Assembly: GCA_951406725.2 (NCBI GenBank)
Contig: OX597837.1
Span: 41,230,001 to 41,294,000 of the forward strand
Length of the DNA stretch: 64,000 nt
From: Octopus vulgaris
Taxonomy: Eukaryota
Direction: 5' to 3'
Shown: one piece after another, positions 61,562-64,000 of the stretch
Layout of the letters: each line of letters opens with the position of its first letter
How positions within the stretch are numbered: the stretch's first letter is position 1
Position numbers and translations under genes: made by a program
Notes under the pieces: generated by a model
Seen by the model: only the letters and a program-made list of their open reading frames with translations
Databases searched by the model: none
What the model was told of the DNA's origin: nothing

Positions 61562-61746
61562 CCTTGGTTTTGTGTTTATGTTTTCGTTTCTCATTGGGTT
61601 CGACGTTTTTTGGAGTCCTGTACCTATATATGCATGTATATATACATGTAGAGGTAGGTACGTACATATATGTATGTATATATGCATGTTTTATTCATTA
61701 AGTTACATATATATATACATACATACATATATATACATATATATAC

Positions 61747-61777
<31 letters not shown>

Positions 61778-61953
61778 ATAAATATTAGGGAATAAATCCA
61801 AATTTACAGGGAAAAAATCAGATTTAGGATTAAATCCAATTTTATAGTAAAATATTATATAATATTAATTCGAGACAAAACCACTATTTTGCAAAACAAA
61901 CAAGGAAATACTTTAAAAATACATAAAAAATTTTGATATAAAGAAATAAACCG

Positions 61954-61996
61954 CCACTACAATCGTTTCATGTCTTCAATGACATTCGTCAGGTGG
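61954..61996 (-). ncRNA. Type I hammerhead ribozyme
   Basis: exact reverse complement of 62057-62099. Confidence 0.85.
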
Positions 61997-62056
61997 ATTT
62001 TCGATCTTCTAATCTCCTAATCTGTTTTAATTAAAACAGATTAGGAGATCGAAAAT

Positions 62057-62099
62057 CCACCTGACGAATGTCATTGAAGACATGAAACGATTGTAGTGG
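62057..62099 (+). ncRNA. Type I hammerhead ribozyme
   Basis: ccac-CTGACGA-atgtc attgaa gacat-GAAA-CGATTG-TA-gtgg; GUA triplet ending 62095. Confidence 0.85.
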
Positions 62100-62225
62100 C
62101 GGTTTATTTCTTTATATTAAAAATGTTTATGTATTTTTTAAGTCTTTCCTTGTTTGTTTTGCAAAATAGTGGTTTTGTCTCGAATTGATATTATATATAT
62201 ATATATATATATATACATATATATA

Positions 62226-62570
62226 TGGTGGTTGTCTACTCCTTATACAGATTTTGACCATGTGGCTTTTTAAATGTTTTAAATGTTCTGAAAAGACACC
62301 CACATAGATTGCACCTCCAAGTTGGACTAGATAAGTTCTGCTCTTTGTGGATCTTAAAATGTATTTTGAGGCCTCCCTTGGATTTGCAAACCCTCTGGCT
62401 TACACTGTATTCGAAGGTGTGGACAGACATATAGTCAGAATAGTTGGTGGAGGTACGTTTTCCATGCTTTCGCAGATGAGATTTGAGGCCAGCAAAAGAC
62501 AGGCATGGTCTGTCGTAAACTGTGCACACAAAAAGGTCATTGTCATTCACCTTCTCGATCGTAACATTCT

Positions 62571-62575
<5 letters not shown>
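62226..62575 (-). mobile_element. RTE LINE 3' fragment with three degenerate C2H2 fingers
   Basis: FVCTVYDRPCLSFAGLKSHLRKH, RVCKSKGGLKIHFKIH, WRCNLCGCLF; homologous to 14470-14790. Confidence 0.75.
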
Positions 62576-62613
<38 letters not shown>

Positions 62614-62934
62614 CAAATGGCGGAGCCCCAGCATGGCTGCAGCTCGCGAGATAAAACTAGAGAAGAAAAAAAAGATATAGATAGATCAGTCGATAGATAG
62701 ATGCATACACACATATATATATATGTATGTACATATGTATGAATATGTGTTTGTATGTGTTTGTGTCTATGCGTGAGTGTGTGTGTGTGTCTTTGTTGTT
62801 TGCGTGCACATCAGCCCCTACTTCCGTTTGATAACAGATAACAGTATTATGTTCCTGTCACTTAGCGGTTCGGCAAAAGAGAAACAATAAAATAAGAAAT
62901 AAAAGAAATACAGAGGGTTTCGACTAAAACCTAT

Positions 62935-64000
62935 ACATACACACTCTCACAGACACACATACACACACGCACGTACACACTCACACACACACACACACAT
63001 GGACACACACACACGCACACACGTGCACTCACACACATAGACTCACACATAACACGCACACACACACACATGCACACACACGTGCGCACACACAACACTC
63101 ACATACGTGCACGCACGCACACACATAAGGGCAACATATTTATAAGCAAACTTATAAACACACACGCACACCCATACACGTACATGCACACACACGCTCG
63201 CACACTCACACGCAAGCACACACACATACAAGTGTCACACATTTATTAGTACACAGTCACGCGCACAAATACACACACGTACACACACACACAACACACA
63301 CACACACATAAGGACAATATATTTATAAGCATACTTATAAACACACACGCACACACATACTTACACGCACATGCACACACATACTCATACATACACGCAC
63401 ACATGCACGCGCGCACACACGCACACACGCATGGACACACGCACGCACGTACACGCAAGCACACACACACGCATACAAGGTTCGCACATTTATTAGCACA
63501 CACACGCACGCACGCATACACACACACAGATGCGCTTTTATAAGCACATGCACACGGGTTTAAACATACACACACGCGCACACATATAAGAACTACATAT
63601 TAATAAGCACATACACACACACACACAAATAACTACGTTTCAGCGCACACATTTAATTATATGAACATACACATGCTCGTATAAACGCACTCGCATACAC
63701 ACCCACACCTTCACACACACACACACACAGAACTCCCCTCCCCACACACACACGTGTAAGTACGTACATACGCTCTTTTAAGTTACCCCCCCCCCGCACA
63801 CACGTGTAAGTACGTCCATACACTCTTATATGCTCACACAATATATTTACAAGCATACTTATAAGCATACATGCACACACATACTTACACGCACATGCAC
63901 ACACATACTCACACATACACGCACGCATGCACGCGCAACACACACACATACACACGCACACTCACACGCAACCACATACACATACGTTCATATACACACT
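62935..64000. repeat. Degenerate (CA)n field with internal block duplications
   Basis: caatatattta.aagcatacttataa recurs at ~63316 and ~63839. Confidence 0.9.

Larger units (their letters stand above)
61784..62197. mobile_element. Fold-back PLE-type element with two inverted hammerheads, within (TA)n
   Basis: ~170 bp arms with no spacer, centred on ttaa|ttaa at 62030/62031; ~70 bp unpaired extension shared with 2022-2100. Confidence 0.8.

Overview
Repeat-dominated, AT-rich eukaryotic DNA; the SINE families and extreme microsatellite load point to an octopus (coleoid cephalopod) intronic or intergenic region (inferred, not verified). Almost all ORFs in the supplied track are translations of simple repeats. 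Real content: about 25 copies of a tRNA-derived SINE with an internal (TA)n tract (family A), a second SINE (family B) that forms 184-190 bp tandem arrays, two further tRNA-SINE families, decayed RTE and CR1-group LINE fragments (two RTE ends with three C2H2 fingers), Tc1/mariner remnants, a hAT MITE and a short Helitron. The main signal is a set of short elements, mostly within (TA)n and often with inverted repeats, that carry type I hammerhead ribozyme motifs of the Penelope-like-element (PLE) kind: four canonical (2.2 kb, 34.1 kb and an inverted pair at 62.0 kb), four with altered cores, and some partial ones, including one fused to a tRNA-derived head. A possible minus-strand gene end (exons 32051-31809 and 30842-~30550) is the only host-coding candidate. 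Coordinates were read by eye and repeat boundaries are approximate.
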